64,000 bases of DNA, from the NCBI RefSeq assembly GCF_964355755.1, contig NC_092676.1, positions 12,820,771 through 12,884,770 on the forward strand. Direction: 5' to 3'. The notes beneath the pieces are model-generated. The model made no database searches. It saw only the letters and a list, made by a program, of their open reading frames with translations, and was not told the origin of the DNA. This DNA comes from Antedon mediterranea (taxonomy: Eukaryota; Animalia; Echinodermata). Below, piece after piece: positions 39,615 through 53,299 of this stretch (position 1 is the first letter of the stretch; the number at the start of each line of letters is the position of its first letter). Position numbers and translations under genes: made by a program.

Positions 39615-42600
39615 GAATAGCTTCAAATCGCATTTGGAGACGTTTTAGACCATTTTGTGCATTTCGATGAAACTTGGTTACACAAAAACATCAAAGTGCT
39701 TAAAATCACATTTGAAACCGTTTTAGAGCATTTTGAGCATTTCGATAAAACTTTTCACACAAAAACATCAAAGTGTACAAAATAGCTTCAAATCACATTT
39801 GAAACCGTTTTAGACTATTTTGAGCATTTCGATAAAACTTTTCACACAAAAACATCAAAGTGTACAAAATAGCTTCAAATCGCATTTGGAGACGTTTTAG
39901 ACCATTTTGTGCATTTCGATGAAACTTGGTTACACAAAAACATCAAAGTGCTTAAAATTACATTTGAAAGCGTTTTAGAGCATTTTAAGCATTTCGATAA
40001 TACTTTTCACACAAAAACATCAAAGTGTACAAAATAGCTTCAAATCGCATTTGGAGATGTTTTAGACCATTTTGTGCATTTCGATGAAACTTGGTTACAC
40101 AAAAACATCAAAGTGCTTAAAATCACATTTGAAACCGTTTTAGACCATTTTGAGCGTGTCGATAAAACTTTTCACACATAAAAATCAGAGTGCACTAAAT
40201 AGCTTCAAATCGCATTTGGAGACGTTTTAGACCATTTTGTGCATATCGATGAAACTTGGTTACACAAAAACATCAAAGTGCTTAAAATCACATTTGAAAT
40301 CGTTTTAGACCATTTTGAGCGTTTCGATAAAACTTTTCACACAAAAAAATCAAAGTGCACAAAATAGCTTCAAATCGCATTTGGAGACGTTTTAGACTAT
40401 TTTGTGCATTTCGAAAAAATTTGTTAACATAAAAAGACCAAAGTGTTTAGAATATCTCCAAATCGCATTTGGAGACGTTTTAAACCATTTTGTGCATTTC
40501 GATGGAACTTGGTTACACAAAAACATCAAAGTGCTTAAAATCACATTTAAAACCGTTTTAGAGCATTTTGAGCATTTCGATAAAACTTTTCACACAAAAA
40601 CATCAAAGTGTACAAAATAGCTTCAAATCGCATTTAGAGAGGTTTTAGACCATTTTGTGCATTTCGATAAAACTTTTCAAACAAAAACATCAAAGTGTAC
40701 AAAATAGCTTCAAATCGCATTTAGAGACGTTTTAGACCATTTTGTGCATTTCGATAAAACTTTTCACACAAAAACATCAAATTGCACAAAATAGCTTAAT
40801 ATCGTGTTTAAAACCGTTTTTACCATTTTGAGCATTTCGATAAACTTTTCACACAAAAACATCAAAGTGCACAAAATAGCTTCAAATCGCATTTAGAGAT
40901 GTTTTAGAACATTTTGTGCATTTCGAAAAAATTTTTCACACAAAAACATCAAATTGCACAAAAAAGCTTAATACCGTGTTTGAAATCGTTTTAAACCAAT
41001 TTGAGCATGTCGATAAAACTTTTCACACAAAAACATCAAAGTGCACAGAATATCTTCAAATCGCATTTAGAGACGTTTTAGACCATTTTGGGCATTTCGA
41101 TGAAACTTGGTTACACAAATACATAAAAGTGCTTAAAATCACATTTAAAACCGTTTTAGAGCATTTTGAGCATTTCGATAAAACTTTTCACACAAAAACA
41201 TCAAAGTGTACAAAATAGCTTCAAATCGCATTTAGAGAGGTTTTAGACCATTTTGTGCATTTCGATAAAACTTTTCACACAAAAACATCAAAGTGTACAA
41301 AATAACTTCAAATCGTATTTAGAGACGTTTTAGACCATTTTGTGCATTTTGATAAAACTTTTCACACAAAAACATCAAATTGCACAAAATAGCTTAATAT
41401 CGTGTTTGAAAACGTTTTAAACCATTTTGAGCATGTCGATAAAACTTTTCACACAAAAACATCAAATTGCACAAAATAGCTTAATATCGTGTTTGAAAAC
41501 GTTTTAAACCATTTTGAGCATGTCGATAAAACTTTTCACACAAAAATATCAAAGTGCACAGAATATCTTCAAATCGCATTTAGAGACGTTTTAGACCATT
41601 TTGTGCATTTCGAAAAAATTTGTTAACATAAAAAGACCAAAGTGTTTAGAATATCTCCAAATCGCATTTCGAGACGTTTTAGACCATTTTGTGTTTTTCG
41701 AAAAAACTTTTCACACAAAAACATCAAAGTGTACAAAATTGCTTCAAATCGCATTTGGAGACGTTTTAGACCATTTTGTGATTTTCGAAAAACTTTTCAC
41801 ACAAAAACATCAAAGTGTAGAAAATTGCTTCAAATCGCATTTAGAGACGTTTTAGACCATTTTGTGCATTTCGAAAAAATTTGTTAACATAAAAAGACCA
41901 AAGTGTTTAGAATATTTCCAAATCGCATTTGGAGACGTTTTAGACCATTTTGTGCATTTCGATGAAACTTGGTTACACAAAAACATCAAAGTGCTTAAAA
42001 TCACATTTAAAACCGTTTTAGAGCGTTTTGAGCATTTCGATAAACTTTTCACACAAAAACATCAAAGTGCACAAAATAGCATTTAGAGATGTTTTAGACC
42101 ATTTTGTGCATTTCGATAAAACTTTTCACACAAAAACATCAAATTGCACAAAAAAGCTTAATACCGTGTTTGAAATCGTTTTAAACCAATTTGAGCATGT
42201 CGATAAAACTTTTCACACAAAAACATCAAAGTGCACAGAATATCTTCAAATCGCATTTAGAGACGTTTTAGACCATTTTGTGCATTTCGAAAAAATTTGT
42301 TAACATAAAAAGACCAAAGTGTTTAGAATATCTCCAAATCGCATTTGGAGACGTTTTAGACCATTTTGTGCATTTCGATGAAACTTGGTTACACAAAAAC
42401 ATCAAAGTGCTTAAAATCACATTTGAAACCGTTTTAGAGAATTTTGAGCATTTCGATAAAACTTTTCACACAAAAACATCAAAGTGTACAAAATAGCTTC
42501 AAATCACATTTGAAACCGTTTTAGACCATTTTGAGCATTTCGATAAAACTTTTCACACAAAAACATCAAAGTGTACAAAATAGCTTCAAATCGCATTTGG

Positions 42601-45600
42601 AGACGTTTTAGACCATTTTGTGCATTTCGATGAAACTTGGTTACACAAAAACATCAAAGTGCTTAAAATCACATTTGAAATCGTTTTAGACCATTTTGAG
42701 CATTTCGATAAAACTTTTCACACAAAAAAATCAAAGTGCACAAAATAGCTTCAAATCGCATTTGGAGACGTTTTAGACTATTTTGTGCATTTCGAAAAAA
42801 TTTGTTAACATAAAAAGACCAAAGTGTTTAGAATAGCTTCAAATCGCATTTGGAGACGTTTTAGACCATTTTGTGCATTTCGATGAAACTTGGTTACACA
42901 AAAACATCAAAGTGCTTAAAATCACATTTGAAACCGTTTTAGAGCATTTTGAGCATTTCGATAAAACTTTTCACACAAAAACATCAAAGTGTACAAAATA
43001 GCTTCAAATCACATTTGAAACCGTTTTAGACTATTTTGAGCATTTCGATAAAACTTTTCACACAAAAACATCAAAGTGTACAAAATAGCTTCAAATCGCA
43101 TTTGGAGACGTTTTAGACCATTTTGTGCATTTCGATGAAACTTGGTTACACAAAAACATCAAAGTGCTTAAAATTACATTTGAAAGCGTTTTAGAGCATT
43201 TTGAGCATTTCGATAATACTTTTCACACAAAAACATCAAAGTGTACAAAATAGCTTCAAATCGCATTTGGAGACGTTTTAGACCATTTTGTGCATTTCGA
43301 TGAAACTTGGTTACACAAAAACATCAAAGTGCTTAAAATCACATTTGAAACCGTTTTAGACCATTTTGAGCGTGTCGATAAAACTTTTCACACAAAAAAA
43401 TCAGAGTGCACTAAATAGCTTCAAATCGCATTTGGAGACGTTTTAGACCATTTTGTGCATATCGATGAAACTTGGTTACACAAAAACATCAAAGTGCTTA
43501 AAATCACATTTGAAATCGTTTTAGACCATTTTGAGCGTTTCGATAAAACTTTTCACACAAAAAAATCAGAGTGCACAAAATAGCTTCAAATCGCATTTGG
43601 AGACGTTTTAGACTATTTTGTGCATTTCGAAAAAATTTGTTAACATAAAAAGACCAAAGTGTTTAGAATATCTCCAAATCGCATTTGGAGACGTTTTAAA
43701 CCATTTTGTGCATTTCGATGGAACTTGGTTACACAAAAACATCAAAGTGCTTAAAATCACATTTAAAACCGTTTTAGAGCATTTTGAGCATTTCGATAAA
43801 ACTTTTCACACAAAAACATCAAAGTGTACAAAATAGCTTCAAATCGCATTTAGAGAGGTTTTAGACCATTTTGTGCATTTCGATAAAACTTTTCAAACAA
43901 AAACATCAAAGTGTACAAAATAGCTTCAAATCGCATTTAGAGACGTTTTAGACCATTTTGTGCATTTCGATAAAACTTTTCACACAAAAACATCAAATTG
44001 CACAAAATAGCTTAATATCGTGTTTAAAACCGTTTTTACCATTTTGAGCATTTCGATAAACTTTTCACACAAAAACATCAAAGTGCACAAAATAGCTTCA
44101 AATCGCATTTAGAGATGTTTTAGAACATTTTGTGCATTTCGATAAAATTTTTCACACAAAAACATCAAATTGCACAAAAAAGCTTAATACCGTGTTTGAA
44201 ATCGTTTTAAACCAATTTGAGCATGTCGATAAAACTTTTCACACAAAAACATCAAAGTGCACAGAATATCTTCAAATCGCATTTAGAGACGTTTTAGACC
44301 ATTTTGGGCATTTCGATGAAACTTGGTTAAACAAATACATAAAAGTGCTTAAAATCACATTTAAAACCGTTTTAGAGCATTTTGAGCATTTCGATAAAAC
44401 TTTTCACACAAAAACATCAAAGTGTACAAAATAGCTTCAAATCGCATTTAGAGAGGTTTTAGACCATTTTGTGCATTTCGATAAAACTTTTCACACAAAA
44501 ACATCAAAGTGTACAAAATAACTTCAAATCGTATTTAGAGACGTTTTAGACCATTTTGTGCATTTTGATAAAACTTTTCACACAAAAACATCAAATTGCA
44601 CAAAATAGCTTAATATCGTGTTTGAAAACGTTTTAAACCATTTTGAGCATGTCGATAAAACTTTTCACACAAAAACATCAAATTGCACAAAATAGCTTAA
44701 TATCGTGTTTGAAAACGTTTTAAACCATTTTGAGCATGTCGATAAAACTTTTCACACAAAAATATCAAAGTGCACAGAATATCTTCAAATCGCATTTAGA
44801 GACGTTTTAGACCATTTTGTGCATTTCGAAAAAATTTGTTAACATAAAAAGACCAAAGTGTTTAGAATATCTCCAAATCGCATTTGGAGACGTTTTAGAC
44901 CATTTTGTGTTTTTCGAAAAAACTTTTCACACAAAAACATCAAAGTGTACAAAATTGCTTCAAATCGCATTTGGAGACGTTTTAGACCATTTTGTGATTT
45001 TCGAAAAACTTTTCACACAAAAACATCAAAGTGTAGAAAATTGCTTCAAATCGCATTTAGAGACGTTTTAGACCATTTTGTGCATTTCGAAAAAATTTGT
45101 TAACATAAAAAGACCAAAGTGTTTAGAATATTTCCAAATCGCATTTGGAGACGTTTTAGACCATTTTGTGCATTTCGATGAAACTTGGTTACACAAAAAC
45201 ATCAAAGTGCTTAAAATCACATTTAAAACCGTTTTAGAGCGTTTTGAGCATTTCGATAAACTTTTCACACAAAAACATCAAAGTGCACAAAATAGCATTT
45301 AGAGATGTTTTAGACCATTTTGTGCATTTCGATAAAACTTTTCACACAAAAACATCAAATTGCACAAAAAAGCTTAATACCGTGTTTGAAATCGTTTTAA
45401 ACCAATTTGAGCATGTCGATAAAACTTTTCACACAAAAACATCAAAGTGCACAGAATATCTTCAAATCGCATTTAGAGACGTTTTAGACCATTTTGTGCA
45501 TTTCGAAAAAATTTGTTAACATAAAAAGACCAAAGTGTTTAGAATATCTCCAAATCGCATTTGGAGACGTTTTAGACCATTTTGTGCATTTCGATGAAAC

Positions 45601-46460
45601 TTGGTTACACAAAAACATCAAAGTGCTTAAAATCACATTTAAAACCGTTTTAGAGCGTTTTGAGCATTTCGATAAACTTTTCACACAAAAACATCAAAGT
45701 GCACAAAATAGCATTTAGAGATGTTTTAGACCATTTTGTGCATTTCGATAAAACTTTTCACACAAAAACATCAAATTGCACAAAAAAGCTTAATACCGTG
45801 TTTGAAATCGTTTTAAACCAATTTGAGCATGTCGATAAAACTTTTCACACAAAAACATCAAAGTGCACAGAATATCTTCAAATCGCATTTAGAGACGTTT
45901 TAGACCATTTTGTGCATTTCGAAAAAATTTGTTAACATAAAAAGACCAAAGTGTTTAGAATATCTCCAAATCGCATTTGGAGACGTTTTAGACCATTTTG
46001 TGCATTTCGATGAAACTTGGTTACACAAAAACATCAAAGTGCTTAAAATCACATTTGAAACCGTTTTAGAGAATTTTGAGCATTTCGATAAAACTTTTCA
46101 CACAAAAACATCAAAGTGTACAAAATAGCTTCAAATCACATTTGAAACCGTTTTAGACCATTTTGAGCATTTCGATAAAACTTTTCACACAAAAACATCA
46201 AAGTGTACAAAATAGCTTCAAATCGCATTTGGAGACGTTTTAGACCATTTTGTGCATTTCGATGAAACTTGGTTACACAAAAACATCAAAGTGCTTAAAA
46301 TCACATTTGAAATCGTTTTAGACCATTTTGAGCATTTCGATAAAACTTTTAACACAAAAAAATCAAAGTGCACAAAATAGCTTCAAATCGCATTTGGAGA
46401 CGTTTTAGACTATTTTGTGCATTTCGAAAAAATTTGTTAACATAAAAAGACCAAAGTGTT
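39615..46460 (+). repeat. Tandem duplication, 3216-bp period, with a nested 416-bp 5-monomer duplication in the second copy
   Basis: 40402->43618, 40916->44132, 41601->44817 and 41862->45078 = 3216; 45078->45494->45910 = 416 (88+78+76+87+87). Confidence 0.88.
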
Positions 46461-49260
46461 TAGAATATCTCCAAATCGCATTTGGAGACGTTTTAAACCA
46501 TTTTGTGCATTTTGATGGAACTTGGTTACACAAAAACATCAAAGTGCTTAAAATCACATTTAAAACCGTTTTAGAGCATTTTGAGCATTTCGATCAAACT
46601 TTTCACACAAAAACATCAAAGTGTACAAAATAACTTCAAATCGCATTTAGAGACGTTTTAGACCATTTTGTGCATTTTGGTAAAACTTTTCACACAAAAA
46701 CATCAAATTGCACAAAATAGCTTAATATCGTGTTTGAAAACGTTTTAAACCATTTTGAGCATGTCGATAAAACTTTTCACATAAAAATATCAAAGTGCAC
46801 AGAATAGCTTCAAATCGCATTTGGAGACGTTTTAGACAATTTTGTGCATTTTGGTAAAACTTTTCACACAAAAACATCAAATTGCACAAAATAGCTTAAT
46901 ATCGTGTTTGAAAACGTTTTAAACCATTTTGAGCATGTCGATAAAACTTTTCACTCAAAAATATCAAAGTGCACAGAATATCTTCAAATCGCATTTAGAG
47001 ACGTTTTAGACCATTTTGTGCATTTTGAAAAAATTTGTTAACATAAAAAGACCAAAGTGTTTAGAATATCTCCAAATCGCATTTGGAGACGTTTTAGACC
47101 ATTTTGTGTTTTTCGAAAAAACTTTTCACACAAAAACATCAAAGTGTACAAAATTGCTTCAAATCGCATTTGGAGACGTTTTAGACCATTTTGTGCATTT
47201 TGGTAAAACTTTTCACACAAAAACATCAAAATTCACAAAATAGCTTAATATCGTGTTTGAAAACGTTTTAAACCATTTTTAGCATGTCGATAAAACTTTT
47301 CACTCAAAAATATCAAAGTGCACAGAATATCTTCAAATCGCATTTAGAGACGTTTTAGACCATTTTGTGCATTTCGAAAAAAATTGTTAACATAAAAAGA
47401 CCAAAGTGTTTAGAATATCTCCAAATCGCATTTGGAGACGTTTTAGACCATTTTGCGCATTTCGATAAAACTTGGTTACACAAAAACATCAAAGTGCTTA
47501 AAATCACATTTAAAACCGTTTTGGAGCGTTTTGAGCATTTCGATAAACTTTTCAAACAAAAACATCAAAGTGTACAAAATAGCTTCAAATCGTATTTGGA
47601 GACGTTTTAGACCATTTTGTGCGTTTCGATGAATCTTGGTTACACAAAAACATCAAAGTGCTTAAAATCACATTTAAAACCGTTTTAGTGCATTTTGAGC
47701 ATTTCGATAAAACTTTTCACACAAAAACATCAAAGTGTACAAAATAGCTTCAAATCGCATTTGGAGACGTTTTAGACCATTTTGTGCATTTCGATGAAAC
47801 TTGGTTACACAAAAACATCAAAGTGCTTAAAATCACATTTGAAATCGTTTTAGACCATTTTGAGCATTTCGATAAAACTTTTCACACAAAAAAATCAAAG
47901 TGCACAAAATAGCTTCAAATCGCATTTGGAGACGTTTTAGACTATTTTGTGCATTTCGAAAAAATTTGTTAACATAAAAAGACCAAAGTGTTTAGAATAT
48001 CTCCAAATCGCATTTGGAGACGTTTTAAACCATTTTGTGCATTTCGATGGAACTTGGTTACACAAAAACATCAAAGTGCTTAAAATCACATTTAAAACCG
48101 TTTTAGAGCATTTTGAGCATTTCGATCAAACTTTTCACACAAAAACATCAAAGTGTACAAAATAACTTCAAATCGCATTTAGAGACGTTTTAGACCATTT
48201 TGTGCATTTTGGTAAAACTTTTCACACAAAAACATCAAATTGCACAAAATAGCTTAATATCGTGTTTGAAAACGTTTTAAACCATTTTGAGCATGTCGAT
48301 AAAACTTTTCACATAAAAATATCAAAGTGCACAGAATAGCTTCAAATCGCATTTGGAGACGTTTTAGACAATTTTGTGCATTTTGGTAAAACTTTTCACA
48401 CAAAAACATCAAATTGCACAAAATAGCTTAATATCGTGTTTGAAAACGTTTTAAACCATTTTGAGCATGTCGATAAAACTTTTCACTCAAAAATATCAAA
48501 GTGCACAGAATATCTTCAAATCGCATTTAGAGACGTTTTAGACCATTTTGTGCATTTTGAAAAAATTTGTTAACATAAAAAGACCAAAGTGTTTAGAATA
48601 TCTCCAAATCGCATTTGGAGACGTTTTAGACCATTTTGTGTTTTTCGAAAAAACTTTTCACACAAAAACATCAAAGTGTACAAAATTGCTTCAAATCGCA
48701 TTTGGAGACGTTTTAGACCATTTTGTGCATTTTGGTAAAACTTTTCACACAAAAACATCAAAATTCACAAAATAGCTTAATATCGTGTTTGAAAACGTTT
48801 TAAACCATTTTTAGCATGTCGATAAAACTTTTCACTCAAAAATATCAAAGTGCACAGAATATCTTCAAATCGCATTTAGAGACGTTTTAGACCATTTTGT
48901 GCATTTCGAAAAAAATTGTTAACATAAAAAGACCAAAGTGTTTAGAATATCTCCAAATCGCATTTGGAGACGTTTTAGACCATTTTGCGCATTTCGATAA
49001 AACTTGGTTACACAAAAACATCAAAGTGCTTAAAATCACATTTAAAACCGTTTTAGAGCGTTTTGAGCATTTCGATAAACTTTTCAAACAAAAACATCAA
49101 AGTGTACAAAATAGCTTCAAATCGTATTTGGAGACGTTTTAGACCATTTTGTGCGTTTCGATGAATCTTGGTTACACAAAAACATCAAAGTGCTTAAAAT
49201 CACATTTAAAACCGTTTTAGTGCATTTTGAGCATTTCGATAAAACTTTTCACACAAAAAC
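46180..49260 (+). repeat. Tandem duplication, 1532-bp period
   Basis: 46415->47947, 47016->48548 and 47365->48897 = 1532; shared private variant gcgcatttcgataaaacttgg. Confidence 0.88.
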
Positions 49261-52200
49261 ATCAAAGTGCACAAAATAGCTTCAAATCGCATTTAGAGAT
49301 GTTTTAGACCATTTTGTGCGTTTCGATAAAACTTTTCACACAAAAACATCAAATTGCACAAAATAGCTTAATATCGTGTTTGAAAACGTTTTAGACCATT
49401 TTGAGCATGTCGATAAAACTTTTCACACAAAAACATAAAAGTGCACAAAATAGCTTCAAATCGCATTTAGAGATGTTTTAGACCATTTTGTGCGTTTCGA
49501 TAAAACTTTTCACACAAAAACATCAAATTGCACAAAATAGCTTAATATCGTGTTTGAAAACGTTTTAGACCATTTTGAGCATGTCGATAAAACTTTTCAC
49601 ACAAAAACATAAAAGTGCACAGAATAGCTTCAAATCGCATTTGGAGACGTTTTAGACCATTTTGTGCATTTCGAAAAAACTTTTTAACATAAAAACACCA
49701 AAGTGCTTAGAATAGCTTCAAATCGCATTTGGATACGTTTTAGACCATTTTGTGCATTTCGATGAAACTTGGTTACACAAAAACATCAAAGTGCTTAAAA
49801 TCACATTTGAAACCGTTATAGAGCATTTTTAGCATTTCGATAAAACTTTTCACACAAAAACATCAAAGTGTACAAAATAGCTTCAAATCACATTTGAAAC
49901 CGTTTTAGACCATTTTGAGCATTTCGATAAAACTTTTCACACAAAAACATCAAAGTGTACAGAATAGCTTCAAATCGCATTTGGAGACGTTTTAGACCAT
50001 TTTGTGCATTTCGATGAAACTTGGTTACACAAAAACATCAAAGTGCTTAAAATCACATTTGAAACCGTTTTAGAGCATTTTTAACATTTCGATAATACTT
50101 TTCACACAAAAACATCAAAGTGTACAAAATAGCTTCAAATCACATTTGAAACCGTTTTAGACCATATTGAGCATTTCGATAAAACTTTTCACACAAAAAC
50201 ATCAAAGTGTACAAAATAGCTTCAAATCGCATTTGGAGACGTTTTAGACCATTTTGTGCATTTCGATGAAACTTGGTTACACAAAAACATCAAAGTGCTT
50301 AAAATCACATTTGAAAGCGTTTTAGAGCATTTTTAGCATTTCGATAATACTTTTCACACAAAAACATCAAAGTGCACAAAATAGCTTCAAATCGCATTTA
50401 GAGATGTTTTAGACCATTTTGTGCATTTCGATAAAACTTTTCACACAAAAACATCAAATTGCACAAAATAGCTTAATACCGTGTTTGAAATCATTTTAAA
50501 CCATTTTGAGCATGTCGATAAAACTTTTCACACAAAAACATCAAAGTGTTTAGAATATCTCCAAATCGCATTTGGAGACGTTTTAGACCATTTTGTGCAT
50601 TTCGATGAAACTTGGTTACACAAAAACATCAAAGTGCTTAAAATCACATTTGAAACCGTTTTAGAGCATTTTGAGCATTTCGATAAAACTTTTCAAACAA
50701 AAACATCAAAGTGTACAAAATAGCTTCAAATCACATTTGAAACCGTTTTAGACCATTTTGAGCATTTCGATAAAACTTTTCACACAAAAACATCAAAGTG
50801 TACAAAATAGCTTCAAATCGCATTTGGAGACGTTTTAGACCATTTTGTGCATTTCGATGAAACTTGGTTACACAAAAACATCAAAGTGCTTAAAATCACA
50901 TTTGAAACCGTTTTAGAGCATTTTTAGCATTTCGATAATACTTTTCACACAAAACATCAAAGTGTACAAAATAGCTTCAAATCGCATTTGGAGACGTTTT
51001 AGACCATTTTGTGCATTTCGATGAAACTTGGTTACACAAAAACATCAAAGTGCTTAAAATCACATTTGAAACCGTTTTAGACCATTTTGAGCATTTCGAT
51101 AAAACTTTTCACACAAAAAAATCAAAGTGCACAAAATAGCTTCAAATCGCATTTGGGGACGTTTTAGACTATTTTGTGCATTTCGAAAAAAATTGTTAAC
51201 ATAAAAAGACCAAAGTGTTTAGAATATCTCCAAATCGCATTTGGAGACGTTTTAAACCATTTTGTGCATTTCGATGGAACTTGGTTACACAAAAACATCA
51301 AAGTGCTTAAAATCACATTTAAAACCGTTTTAGAGCATTTTTAGCATTTCGATAAAACTTTTCACACAAAAACATCAAAGTGTACAAAATAGCTTCAAAT
51401 CGCATTTAGAGAGGTTTTAGACAATTTTGTGCATTTCGATAAAACTTTTCACACAAAAACATCAAAGTGTACAAAATAGCTTCAAATTGCATTTAGAGAC
51501 GTTTTAGACCATTTTGTGCATTTCGATAAAACTTTTCACACAAAAACATAAAATTGCACAAAATCGTTTTAAACCATTTTAAATCGTTTTAAACCATTTT
51601 GAGCATGTCGATAAAACTTTTCACAAAAAACATCAAAGTGCACAGAATAGCTTCAAATTGCATTTGGAGACGTTTTAGAGCATTTTGTGCATTTCGATAA
51701 AATGTGTTAACATAAAAAGACCAAAGTGTTTAGAATATCTTCAAATCACATTTGGAGACGTTTTAGACCATTTTTTGCATTTCGATGAAACTTGGTTACA
51801 CAAAAACATCAAAGTGCTTAAAATCACATTTGAAACCGTTTTAGAGCATTTTGAGCATTTCGATAAAACTTTTCACACAAAAACATCAAAGTGTACAAAA
51901 TAGCTTCAAATCGCATTTAGAGACGTTTTAGACCATTTTTTGCATTTCGATGAAACTTGGTTACACAAAAACATCAAAGTGCTTAAAATCACATTTAAAA
52001 CCGTTTTAGAGCATTTTTAGCATTTCGATAAAACTTTTCACACAAAAACATCAAAGTGTACAAAATAGCTTCAAATCGCATTTAGAGAGGTTTTAGACAA
52101 TTTTGTGCATTTCGATAAAACTTTTCACACAAAAACATCAAAGTGTACAAAATAGCTTCAAATTGCATTTAGAGACGTTTTAGACCATTTTGTGCATTTC

Positions 52201-53299
52201 GATAAAACTTTTCACACAAAAACATCAAATTGCACAAAATCGTTTTAAACCATTTTAAATCGTTTTAAACCATTTTGAGTATTTCGATAAAACTTTTCAC
52301 AAAAAACATCAAAGTGCACAGAATAGCTTCAAATTGCATTTGGAGACGTTTTAGAGCATTTTGTGCATTTCGATAAAATGTGTTAACATAAAAAGACCAA
52401 AGTGTTTAGAATATCTTCAAATCACATTTGGAGACGTTTTAGACCATTTTTAGCATTTCGATGAAACTTGGTTACACAAAAACATCAAAGTGCTTAAAAT
52501 CACATTTTAAACCGTTTTAGAGCATTTTGAGCATTTCGATAAAACTTTTCACACAAAAACATCAAAGTGTACAAAATAGCTTCAAATCGCATTTGGAGAC
52601 GTTTTAGACCATTTTGTGCATTTCGATGAAACTTGGTTACACAAAAACATCAAAGTGCTTAAAATCACATTTGAAAGCGTTTTAGAGCATTTTTAGCATT
52701 TCGATAATACTTTTCACACAAAAACATCAAAGTGCACAAAATAGCTTCAAATCGCATTTAGAGATGTTTTAGACCATTTTGTGCATTTCGATAAAACTTT
52801 TCACACAAAAACATCAAATTGCACAAAATAGCTTAATACCGTGTTTGAAATCATTTTAAACCATTTTGAGCATGTCGATAAAACTTTTCACACAAAAACA
52901 TCAAAGTGTTTAGAATATCTCCAAATCGCATTTGGAGACGTTTTAGACCATTTTGTGCATTTCGATGAAACTTGGTTACACAAAAACATCAAAGTGCTTA
53001 AAATCACATTTGAAACCGTTTTAGAGCATTTTGAGCATTTCGATAAAACTTTTCAAACAAAAACATCAAAGTGTACAAAATAGCTTCAAATCACATTTGA
53101 AACCGTTTTAGACCATTTTGAGCATTTCGATAAAACTTTTCACACAAAAACATCAAAGTGTACAAAATAGCTTCAAATCGCATTTGGAGACGTTTTAGAC
53201 CATTTTGTGCATTTCGATGAAACTTGGTTACACAAAAACATCAAAGTGCTTAAAATCACATTTGAAACCGTTTTAGAGCATTTTTAGCATTTCGATAAT

